Source: Pseudovirgaria hyperparasitica
Lineage: Eukaryota
Length of the DNA: 64,000 bases
Assembly (NCBI GenBank): GCA_010093815.1
Contig: ML996581.1
Direction: 5' to 3' (one strand)
Shown: positions 1-12,020 of the stretch, piece by piece
Numbering within the stretch: position 1 is the first letter of the stretch
How the letters are laid out: every line of letters starts with the position of its first letter
Translations under genes and position numbers: made by a program
Notes under the pieces: model-generated
Seen by the model: only the letters and a program-made list of their open reading frames with translations
Told to the model about the DNA's origin: nothing
Database searches by the model: none

Positions 1-1980
1 AGACATAGAGCCAGATAGAACTAGCTGACAACTCCTTATCCACCTTATGTTAACTAACATACTTACTTCCCTACTTACTTACTACTACTCCCACTACTAT
101 CGTGTGTGTTTGTATGTGCGAGGATGCATATATATAGATACAGACATAACTACTAAGTCACTAATCTTATGTATTAGCGAAGCAACAGAAAGGGGAGATA
201 CGATGATACTACTACTACTTGTTATTGCCTTGAAGTTGCCTTAGACTCAGACTCAGCATTGGATTTAGAGTCCCGCACACATCTCAGTATCGCAGTGTCT
301 TAACATCCACCCCGTCCCATCCCATCCAATCGCCCAAAAAACCAGCACCAGCTCGCCAAGCAGGCACGCAGACAGATCAACAAGTCGATCAACAGGCACA
401 GTAGCGTCAAAAATAGCGGGAGATGGACAAGCCAAGGGGGGCTTTTTTGTTCGGGGGCGGATCATATCATGTCTACATTATTCCTTGACATCCCATGGAT
501 GGCATGACACTGATCGTCCCGCGATGGATCGTCGGACGGGGTGCGGCAGGGTAGGTACATGGTAGGGCAGGGCAGGTACAGGGCAGGGCAATACATACAT
601 ACTAACATGATTACTCTGACCTTGGGGTATCAACCGGGCACGCAGTGTACTGAATCCTTGATACTGGACATATTCATGCAAAAGCAGTTTTATGCAAAAC
701 ACAAACAAACAAACACAAACAGACAAAGACAGACCTCAATCCATCGAAATGAACACCCCATCTCCGCATCATCCATCCCGCACAGGACGGCAAGTTGCAA
801 CCCGCTCCTTCAACAAAACCCCCTTTACTTTTTTTCTTCTTCGGGTCACGGTAATCTGCCAGACTAAATTAGCAAACGTTCAAAATGTCCGTGATTAAAT
901 TTATAACTGTAGTCTCCACAGGGACGATGCCTCTAGCGGAGAATTCTGGACTGCTGTACTGTGTGTGATATTGAAGCGCTGGTGTGGGGTTTTGTGTGCT
1001 TACTTGATAGTGCATCGCGTCGCATGGCATCCCAGATCAGATCAGGTCAGATCTAGATAGAGACTACTCAACCGTACCTTCTGATAGCCTGCCTGCCTGC
1101 CTGGCTAGCTAGCCGATATTCCTACGTAGCTTATACTCTGTCACACTTATACGCAGCCTAAGAGCGCTGTCTCGATACGCGAGAGAGATTGCGACCAGGA
1201 TCAGATATCCCAGATATCGCATGTCTACTCTCTAGCAGGTGCGTGATACATATCCAACTGCCCGGGCGTGCATCCGTGTTGAAGTATACCCGCCCAAAGC
1301 AACAAACCTTCAATCCTTCTATTCAATCCATGCATGGCATCGGACAAATATGGACTCAATCGCGAATGCCAGAACTCGCATTATTAAACAAAAACAAAAA
1401 TCAAATCAAATAAAATAGATACATAAAAACATTCAAGTCCGCTGTGACGATAGACAGCTGACTATTAATCGATCATTCATTCATTCATTCATTCATTCAT
1501 TGCTTCACAGTGTGCAATGTAGTCTCATCCCCTCATCCCTATCAATTAACTAGCAGCGTGACCAACCAATCCAATACAATAGAATGAAAAAAGAAGAACC
1601 CCCAAAACCAAAAAACTAATTAATTAGATTAAATAACTAACTATCTTAGCTTTCCCCTCTACTAATTACTTCTCCGGCTTACTTACTTACTCGCTTGCTC
1701 GCTTACTCGCTTGCTCGAGAAGAAGACGAAGAAGACAGAGGCGTTGCGGGCAGCGGTTCACTAATGGACGGATGTATAAAGAGAGCATTTCTTACGGCCC
1801 TAAGCAAGTCACACTAATTACTATCGTAGCGGAATAGAGCCATTGGGAAGAAGTGGCACTGGTAGCGGATGGGTAGCTAACCAGCTAGCTAATTAGCTAG
1901 CGGATACATCGCTGGGCTTCCGGGTGTGCGGTATTGCGCAGAACAGTACGGTATAGGACAGAACAATAGGGTCTAGTGGA

Positions 1981-2110
1981 GTACAGTGCGGTATAGTTCA
2001 GTACAATGCAGTATAGTTTAGTATAGTTTGGTATAGCTCAGTATAGCTCAGTATAGCTCAGTACAGCCCAGTACAGCCCAGTACAGAACAGTACAGAACA
2101 GTACACTACA
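1981..2110. repeat. 10-bp minisatellite (GTAYAGNNCA) with graded unit drift
   Basis: Consecutive decamers: gtatagttta, gtatagtttg, gtatagctca x3, gtacagccca x2, gtacagaaca x2. Confidence 0.9.
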
Positions 2111-4024
2111 GAACAGTCCTCAGCGCAGCAGGTCGTTTCGCTATGCATGCATGCATACACAACGACCTCACTGCCCACCTATTCTATTGAAATTAGTTAG
2201 CCTCATAACCCGAATATGAGCAAGACAGCAAGACAGCAAGCAAGCAAACAAGCAAACAAGCCACCCACCATCTCCTCGCGGCAAAGGCGTGCGTGTAGTG
2301 TGGCAATATGTGGCAATATATGGTGTGCAGTCCAGTGCAGTGTAGTGTGCTGTGGTGTGGGTGTGTGGGTGTGTGGGCGTAACAACAGCAAAACGAAGCC
2401 AGCGAGTCAGTCAACATCGGCGGCGCACACACAGACACAAGACAGACAAGACAGCCATCCAGCCAGCAGCTGCAGGGTCCTATGGCATTCGCATTGCGAT
2501 AGAGGACTGATTGATTATCCAGGGACTGACTGGGTGACTGACTGGCTGGCTGACTGGCTGGCTGACTGGCTGCCTCCACTCCACTCCACACACGCCTACA
2601 CTACTGGTGTCCAAGCCCCCCAAGCCCAGCCAAGCCTCCCAAGCCCAGCCAAGGGACCGAGGTGAGGTTACCCCTTTCACGCGCACGGCTTGCTTGGGTG
2701 GGCTTTGGGGGCTGTAAGATTGCTGAAACTACGTATTCATCACTTTCACTACCAGCAGTAGCAGCAGCAGCACTACTGCACGGCTCTGTCTCCACTTGAT
2801 TGCCATGGCTCATGGTTCTCGTTTCGATGCCCATACATACATACAACAATACATACATACAGTCCACTCATGCTATTATTGCCTTGTTCCCGATGATGAG
2901 CCAGTGAGAGGAACGTGCAATGTAGCCTTTCATGTATGTGCGTGCGTGCGTGTATGGAATGACGAGCCTACTAGATCGGAAGGCTGCATTTTCGCCCTGG
3001 GGGGGGGCAAAGATATTGTTATGACGACACCGCCCAGGGCGTCCCCAGGTAGGTAGGTAGACTTAGAATCTCAGATAATTAGATAGAGAGGAGGAACGAG
3101 AGGTAGAGCCTTGGCAGCACGACCGCCCCCCTCCCCCTCCCCTGCCCTGCCTTCCCTCCGTCCATGGATGGATCTATCCTGTGTGTGTGTGCATTCGACA
3201 GGGTGACTCGTCCCGCCCGCTAATAATTATAATCCATAGCCACCACCGTTTCCGGGCGTGAGCACTAACTAACTGCCTTGCTCCGTGAGTACGAACGGTA
3301 CTGTAGTAATTAATTAGTAACTAACCCCGCGAAAGTCGTTGTTCAGCAAGCGTTCAAGGACGGAGAGAAAGTCACAGCATCTTCCCTACGCTGCGCTGAC
3401 ACCTCCCCTCCCGACCTCCCCGACCGATGTGAGATGACGACAAAAGGCAGCATCATGAGAGCAGGCGGGTGGTTATTCGCTGTTGACGGGCACTACCACC
3501 TCCACCACTACCACTACCACCACCCAGGGCGTATTACGTAGTGTGCTGCTGCTATTGATATCTGGCATTATTATTATTATTATTACAATTCCAAGTCTAG
3601 CGATGGGATGGGATGCCGCGATGGATGTAGTAGGGCGTTGTAGCGAAACCTTCACGAGGGGACTTTTGTGTGTGTGTGAGCGTGTGTGGTGTGCGTGTGA
3701 GACATGACGTAGCGGCATTCGCGGGCTGGGCAAGCCTCAGCCTACGGCCGTACGCAGAGCATATCGACCGATGCCGCCCGCCCTCAACAAGAGTTGTGTG
3801 ATTGCTGAGCTTTGATGCTGATGACGGCGGGCTGGAATGGCAGCTGGCTTTATATCTGTCTTCTGGCTGAATCGTGGGAGGACATTTTAGAAGATGTGCA
3901 AGGCACAGAGATGGGCAGTGCCAAAGGCGCATAATCGCCCGCGTAGACGCGCATTTGAAGATCTTCCAACGGGCGAAGATCAGATGGGCGCGGTGCACGC
4001 GAGACTGGTGACGATCATTCGGAT

Positions 4025-4072
4025 GATTGTGGATTGTGGATTGTGGATTGTGGATTGTGGATTGTGGATTGT
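4025..4072. repeat. (GATTGTG)n heptanucleotide microsatellite
   Basis: About 6-7 tandem gattgtg units. Confidence 0.95.
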
Positions 4073-5359
4073 GCAGGCTGCAAACGCGCATCGGCCACCC
4101 GGCAAATGCTGGAAAAGGTTCGTCTCCATCTCCGTTGATAGACACGAACGGCACCACGACCTGCTGGACCGGTGGCCTCAGGCTTGAATGGCCTGACTCG
4201 AGCCTTTTAGAAGGCGAAATACCGAAAGAGGAAGGTGAGAGGTTGAAACAACAACAACAACAACAACACTCGGCACCTATCAACGCTCCAAAAGATGCAT
4301 CAGGTGCAGGTGGGGTCACGCCAAGCTTGGAGCGGCCAGTCTTGTATAGGGAGCTGGTTAATACAAGAAGACACGATCTGTACAGCTCGTTTGTTGTAAT
4401 TATTATTATTATTATTATTATTATTATTGCAATTCGCGATATCAATTCGCGATATCGATTCCGACTACGCTGCGACGGCTAGCTCGATCAGCCCCGGGGG
4501 GTTTTTACTGTCCTTCCATGTATTCCATGGCTAGCTTGGAAGTTTGCAAGGTCTGGTAGGGCGGCGGTAGGGCGGTTGGCGGTTCCCACTCCCCCCCAAA
4601 TTCAATTCTGCTTCTTCTGCTACGTACGTTAGACTGGCGCACGCACGGGTTGACGGCATCCCGAAACGCCATCACGATAGCAAAGACGGCGCCAGGAACG
4701 GCAGCAAGAACAATTGGCTGCTGGCGTTCTCAGGGTCGTGGAGGGGGGAAAAAAAGGGTTCGACTGGAAAGGGGATGTTGCGATGAGGCGCTAAGCTAGA
4801 ATCAGCCATGCAGTAAGTGGGAGGCAGCCACGGGTCCAGGATGGGTCAGGATGGGTCCAGGATGGAGCAAGACGAAGACGGATGGAGCAGGATCCGATCG
4901 ACATGGCGTGGCGTGGGCGGCGGGCGCGGCGTCTGACCAGACGAACGGTGTGGAGTGTGGACAAGTTGTGGTCGGTCTGTTATTAATTAGGAGTCGGTGG
5001 TTGAGAGGGGACAGATGCAAAAGCACCCTGGATAGATGATGTGTAGTAGCAAAGCAATAGTCGGATTGCGACAGCGGTACAGAAGAGTATCAATGAACAA
5101 GGGCAGCAAGTAACAGGGCATGACCAGGTGGAGTGCGCGTGCTCTTCTCCGCATTGTGCATGGAGTTCCTTCAAGCAGCAGAGGGTGTAATGGGTAATGG
5201 TAATAAATGGCAACGGCAGCAAAAGGCCCCTGGACAGGAGGAGAGAGCGAGACGAACGTCATCTGTGCTGCTGGCCTGCTGCTGCTGGCTCTGGCTGATT
5301 CGCCGGGTGGCTTTTCTTGGCCCGCACCGGAGCCAGCCTGCACACTGCCGGACAATCTG

Positions 5360-5390
<31 letters not shown>

Positions 5391-6255
5391 ATCCATGCCG
5401 TGGGCCACGGGAAATGAATTTCACAAACAAAAGAGATTTGGTTGCGTAGATTATTGTATGTTTTGGAGGTGTAGGATAATAGGATTGTAGGAGCGGGCGC
5501 GTGCCTGGAGAGATTGAGGCATGGAGGATTCTTCATAAGACTACGTAAATGAGAGAGCAAAGGAGAGAGAGGGATTGGGGGTGACGGAGATTGACAAGAC
5601 AAGATCCCATTGCTCCAGATAGGACAGTTGCAGTCTAACAAAGTGCAAGACATGTGCTTCTTCGGAGCACTGGTCAAGCAAGCAAAGAAGCAAGTCTGGC
5701 TGCTGACGACGGGTAGTGTGTAGTGTGTAGTGTAGTGTAGTGTATAGGTCAACAATGGAGAGCAAGAAGGGCAAGAAGGGCAAGAAGGGCAAGAAGGGCC
5801 GGCTACTGCAGGGAAAGAAGGAAGGAGCAGGCACGAGGAGAGAGAGAGAGAGTCTAATAGAGAGAGCACGAGGATACGAGAAACAGGCAGAGTAGGGCGG
5901 GTTAGGGTATTATTCCATGGTAGTAATGCTACCAGTAGACAGTAATAGCGGCGCCATGACAGGGGGGGGATCAATCAGAACAAGGAACAGGGAACAGGGA
6001 ACACAGGGACAAAAAAGAATTGCAGGCATGGCAGATGCCGCTAACTCACTAGTGCTGTGGGTCTGCTGCTGAAGCTTGGTCTGCGGGGCTGGCCGTGCGC
6101 ACGTTATGAAGCAGGAGCACCCTTGTCGGGTACCGTGCTGTCCAATCACAGAGCGAGCTGGACGTCAGCACCGACATCATAGCTCTCTCTCTGTCTCTCT
6201 GTCTCTCTGTCGCTCTGTCTCTCTCCCGCGACAGTCGAACGCCTCGCATGTGCCC

Positions 6256-6288
<33 letters not shown>

Positions 6289-7525
6289 GCTGCTCCGTAC
6301 CATACATACCCGGGCTAGCTAACTAGGTGTAGAGGGCCGCCCGCCAAAAGCAAACGCCGCCGCCGCCGCCGCCATCGCCATGCACGACGCCCTCGACGCC
6401 CCCAAAGAAGCCCTCCCGTCAAGAAACGCCCACACACTAATTATTACCATCTCTAAGCTGCCTTGATCCTAGTCGCTCGCTGCTCTAGTATTCTTTTAGT
6501 CTCTTCGGAGATGCAGGTGCGCTGTGTGTGTGTGTGTGTGTGTGCTTGTGCTGCTGCTTGGTTTTGTTGCTGCTAATAGCCCTGTGACGGGAGGTCGTAG
6601 ATGGATGCTGCTGTAGGGGTTTGCACTTTTGGGAGCACTATTACCTACCACCTACCACCTACCTACACCTACACTACTTTTGGAGAGAGAGGGAGAGAGG
6701 GGGGGGGCCGCTGACATTCCACACACACACTCTCTCTCTCTCTCTCCTCTCTCTCCCTCTCTCTCCCCTCTCATAAATCACGGAAAAGGATCGAGCTTCT
6801 TCTTCCTCCTCCTCCTCTGCGAATTTTATCTATTATATGCAGCTCCTGCCCTCCTTTCGCTGCTCGGACCCTTTTCCCTTTTTCCCTTTGCCATTGACCA
6901 TCAACACCGCAAAGATCATCCCCCCGGTCCCCATATAATCCTTCAGCCGGCCCCCTTCTAGCTGCCTGTCAGCCCGTCAATCTTCTACTCTATAAGTCGT
7001 CGTTGCTACACAGGCCCTGCCAATCGCTCTGCCTCTGACTTTCTGCCTATTCCACACTCCTCTCCTACTCCACCACTGGACTGCTTCGACCCGCCAGCCA
7101 GCCCGGACGTGAAACATTCGATCGTCGGACCGTCCTGCCACTTCGTCATACCCTACCGCCAACCTAATCTCGTCCTCGTCGTCGTCGTCGTGCACACCAA
7201 ACTCTTACCTTGCTAAGATCGCCGCCTCCCACGCTGCTCCACACCCTTCTTCCCCTTCCATACCTGACGGGAAGCCCCAGCTCAACCGACTCGCGACTTC
7301 ATAAGACCGCTGATCCCGCAGTCTGCGTGCGACTGATCATCTCACTTCCCCACGTTCTTGTTGTTGTTTCTTGTCTCTTCCGTGCAGGGTCTACATTCCA
7401 TTATCCGATTCCCATCTTTCCACTTCGCTCGCCTCATCACCTACGCCCGTCCGGTAGAGCTTCTCGCCATCGCCGATTGAACCACTCCGGACCTTTTTCC
7501 TGCTGCCTTCCACGACACAATCGCA

Positions 7526-8684
7526 ATGGCCATGGCTGTCGAGAACCGTCAACAGTCGCAGATGGCCGGCATCGCATATGACTCGATGCGAGGAGGATAC
7601 ACTGCAGCGCCGCACTTCACCAACCCTTGGGTGTCCGCTCCAAACGCCGCTCCCCAGCTCTACCCGACCTCGCTGCCCCAAACCTCCTCCACCATGTCCG
7701 CCATGGACTCCAAGCCTAGCATGCCGCCATACTCTTCTCTCCCAGGCACTGCTCCAACAGGTATTCCTCTCCAACAAGGTCATCTCCAATCACAAAACTT
7801 ACTTGACGTCTCCCAAGGCTCCTATGCCCCCAGCTACTCCTCCGCCACTTCACCAACGGCCGCCGCATATGCTCCGACGTCTGCCCCACAATACTCCGCG
7901 GATCCGTATAGAGGAAGTCCCTACGCATACCAGTCCGACCACTCGCGTCGTGGCTCACATCCGTCAGTTCCCTCTGAAGTCCTCCTGGATCCCTCGCTCG
8001 AAGGCCCGAGGGTCGTCCCCCATAGCACAGTCATTGACTATAACAACAGACTTTCAAACCAATCACAGCGCAGCAGCTTCAGTGACGCTCTCGATGCCTC
8101 GCGCGGCATGGTCGCCATGAGCCAGACAGACCTGACTCCGAGGAACATCTACGGCAACGGCAACCCGCGAAGCTCGCATGACTCCTACGGCTTTCCGTCA
8201 ACTCCCCACTCCAGCCATTCGTCCATCTCTTCCGCCAGCACATATCCCTCGTACTACAACGGCTCTGTAGACGGCTCGGCGACGGACTACAGCTCGGCCT
8301 CCGAGTCGGTCGGTGACATGGGATCTCGCACGCTCCCTCGTCCGTCTGCTCTGGTCGGTACCAACCTTCCGCCTGCGCCTCAGTCCATGATGGGCCAGTT
8401 CAGCTCCAAGGTTTCGTCCAGCTCGCAGAAGAAGCACAAGTGCAAAATCTGCGACAAGCGCTTCACCCGCCCCAGCTCTCTCCAGACCCACATGTACAGC
8501 CATACTGGAGAAAAGCGTACGTATCCTGTTTGACTTGAGTATGTCCATTCTGACTGGTGTGTTAGCATTCATGTGCGAAGTTGAAGGATGCGGCCGTCAT
8601 TTCTCCGTCGTATCGAATCTGCGTCGTCACAAGAAGGTCCACAAAGCGGACGGACGTGACCATCCGTCGCCAGATGACATGTAG
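7526..8684 (+). CDS. flbC: FlbC-type C2H2 zinc-finger developmental transcription factor (2 exons)
   Basis: ORF 7526-8516 ends PQSMMGQFSSKVSSSSQKKHKCKICDKRFTRPSSLQTHMYSHTGEK. Intron 8517-8565 (GTACGT...CTGAC...TTAG). Exon 2 gives PFMCEVEGCGRHFSVVSNLRRHKKVHK...DDM*, stop 8682-8684. The two C-terminal fingers match FlbC/Fle1 as I recall the family. Confidence 0.9.
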
Positions 8685-9642
8685 ATGATGATCATCGCAC
8701 ATTCACGAGCAGTCACGAGCGACCAGTGACGTGCGACTTTTTTTGACATTGGATCCTCTCGATTTCGAGAGGATCAGTCCCAGTTGTTGACACCATCGAG
8801 TCAAGCTCTTTGGGTTGTCTTTTATTACGATGCGATGACGGGCGTAAAATGGCTTTGATTTCGCGACGCATGATCTACTTCTAGACGGTCTTTACGTATA
8901 CCCCCGCTACGATTCGGATTCGACGGCCGCCGGCCTGGAGTGCTCAGGCAGCTGAATGTGTACGATGAAGGCGTTGTCCGGCGTTTGGGACTCCCCGGGA
9001 AGGGATGTATCACCACCACTTTTTGTTCAGCGAGCGATGAGCCTGGACGATTTGGGGCTCCTGGTTTTGCCATATGCTTGACCTTATAGACCCTCATTTT
9101 GCGACGGCCTGGCTGGCGTGCCAGGGCCGGGTCAACCCGCACATACCCCTTGTATTATTAGAGAGTTGCGCGAGCACACGATTCGTGTGCCGATCGCTTG
9201 TGGATTGTTTTTTTGGGTTACGGGTGGGACATTTCACGTTGCTTGGGATGGGATGGGATGAGCAAGTGCGGGACTGTACGATGGGCCTGTGTGTTGGGAT
9301 AAAACCGGGCATCCCACCCGCGCCGCCGCCGCCGCCGCCGCCGCCTTGGATGCGCGCGTGCGTGCTTGGTACATAGACCAAAATGTCTTTTTGATGCACC
9401 ACACTCTTGCGTGAACGTCGTGCCCTGTGTACGAATAATTGTCTTGACATCACGCTCGATATCGTAACTCATTACTAGCAGAGTCCTGAAACATGGGAAT
9501 TGCCATGTATAATCTTGCACCCTGTTGATACGTGAAGCTGCCGAATCCAGCGAAACTGGACGTGTTTCATGGATGGATGGGATGGTAAGATCAAACAGAC
9601 AGGCTGCCCTGCCCTGCCCTGCGCTGCGTTTCAATTGCCATG

Positions 9643-9676
<34 letters not shown>

Positions 9677-10330
9677 CATATGCTCGTTACACCTATAATT
9701 ACTTGTACCCACCGCTCTTGAAACGGAGAGACTGGCTGGCTGGCTGGCACGACATCTATTCTACTATATACGCTGCACTATACTATACTACACTATACTA
9801 CACTATACTATACTATACTACTCGCTCGCCTGTCTATATCTAGATGGATAGATAGATGGATAGATGGACGAATAGATTAGTAAAGTAATAGATTTAAAAT
9901 AATTAAAATGGCTAGGGTAGCTAATTACAACTAATTGAGACTATTAGACTACTATTAGACTAATTAATAGAAACGAAATACGTCTACTAGACTAACGGGA
10001 ACGAATAGCCTGCTGAACCCATAGACTTGACAGATGGAATAGATTAATTAGTTAATTAATTAATAGGTTGATTGATTGATTAACTGAAATGTATTAGGCA
10101 TGCATACATGCATATATCTACATACAGCCTGTCCTGACCCTGCCTTGTTCTTATCCTTACGCTTATCCTACCATGTCTTGCCCTGCCTTGTTCTTATTCT
10201 ACCATGTCTTACCCTTTATCTTAATTCCACCTTACCCTTTTACCCTTATCCCACCTTATCCTGCCTCTGCTCTACCCTTGATCCTACTTACGCCCTTGAC
10301 CCTGACCCTAAGCCTTACTTATCCCAGCCT

Positions 10331-10431
10331 TGACCCTATCCTGTCCCCACTTTGTTTTGACCATGACCCTAACTATATCCCAACTTTGCTTCTGCCATGA
10401 CCCTAACCATATCCCCACTTTGCTTCGACCA
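10331..10431. repeat. 33-34 bp minisatellite, 3 copies, in a CT-rich degenerate tract
   Basis: tgaccctatcctgtccccactttgttttgacca / tgaccctaactatatcccaactttgcttctgcca / tgaccctaaccatatccccactttgcttcgacca. Confidence 0.85.
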
Positions 10432-11809
10432 TGAACCCTACCCTGTTCTCACCATGAACCTAGACCCTATCCTAGCCCAAAGCCAGACCTTGTTCCTAGC
10501 CAACAACCTTGTTCCTAGACTCCATGCCCTGTGTTCTGTCCTTGCCCCATCCTGTCCTTGCCCTATCCTACCCCGTGCCCCGCCCTACCATACACCGGTC
10601 TGCGGTGACATTCTCTGTATTTTTCCTTTTTTGCTTCTTTTTCCGTCTGTTGGGATACCTAATAGCCTACGAGGATGCTAAGCGTGGGTTTATATAAATA
10701 CGTGGACCCTTGATTCCTTTCTTGGGATGGATTAAGGGTTTATTATGCCTGGTGTTGTTGTTGTGTCTCGGGCTGTTGTGCTGGTCTGTCCATTAGGTGC
10801 TGTGTCTGCCATTAGGTGCTACTGATGATGCTGGTGGTGGTGCTGCCATTAGGTGCTGGTGCTACTAGGTAAACAGCAGATGGACGGTAGACGGGCAGTG
10901 CCGCTAACAATGACGCCAGTGGCGTTTCTAGCTAGCCAGCCGTACTGTACATACATACATACACGAGAACTAGGGTCTTGTGTGTATGTATGTGTGTCTG
11001 TGGACCCTGGATTTAATTATTGCATGTCGTCTATGTGCATGTGCGTATGTGGTTATTGTAGTGTCGTGACCCTGAGCCTGAGCCTGAGTGCGTACCCTGA
11101 GTGCGTCCTGGGTCTAATAACATGCTGGCTGGTTGGACCATGGTGTGTGTTTGTGTGTGTGTGTGTGTGTGTGTACTGCGGACCCTGAGTCTAACCTACC
11201 CACCAACCCTGGCCTACCTACCCTACCCTAGCCTACCCTACCCTAGCCTACCCTAGCATACGGACTGGGTACAGGACAGGATAGGACAGGACAGGACAGG
11301 ACATGACAGGATAGGATAGGACAGGACAGGACACGACAAGACAAGAAAAGAAAGAAAGAAAGACAGACCCTGATCGTCCGCGTATATTGCGGAATGCGGA
11401 TAGTATGGGCATTTAGCAATGTGGCATGGCGTATGGGCAATGGAAGGCGGGAAACAAAGGAAGGGGGCTAATTAAGGGGACTAAAAGGTACAAAGCTAGA
11501 AGTTTTAAAAGGTTTAAAAAGTTGATTATTAGGTTTAAAGGGTTGGAGGGTAGGAGGGTAGTAAGATGCCTGCGCCTCGCCTTTAAGACCTTTTGAACTT
11601 CCAAGTTTGTTCTACGGGTGTGTTCGGGGTTGTAGGAAGGGGATGGGATATGAGATGTGAGATGTAGGGAGACGTCATTGTGTTGGTTGGTACGTTGTGA
11701 GTACCGGTTGTGTGGGTTGTTGGAGCATGGTATAGATGGATGGATGGATAGATGGATGGTTGCTTACTAGGCCTTGTCATTATCTTACTCCTAGTGTCTT
11801 GTTGTGTTA

Positions 11810-12020
11810 CTTTCTTACTGTCTTACCATCTTACCGTCTTACTATCTTACCGTCTTACTATCTTACCGTCTTACTATCTTACCGTCTTACTACATTCCCT
11901 AATTATCTACCCCGCCCGACAAAGATAATAATAGTCCACGTCGTCATCGTCATCGCCACTGTGTCTCTCTCTCTCCCTCTCTCTCTCCCTCTCTCTCTCC
12001 CTCTCTCTCTCCCTCTCTCT
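11810..12020. repeat. (TCTTACCG/TCTTACTA)n followed by (CTCTCTCTCC)n simple repeats
   Basis: Direct reading of tandem units. Confidence 0.9.

Noticed and set aside
1981..2110. Regularly spaced repeats as a CRISPR-like array
   Set aside because: Eukaryotic context, head-to-tail units with no unique spacers, and no cas genes.
47..7500. Many 60-280 aa ORFs upstream of flbC (e.g. 3597-4445, 5171-5974)
   Set aside because: Translations are dominated by microsatellite-derived runs (IIIII, CCCCC, SLSLSL) with no domain or splice structure.
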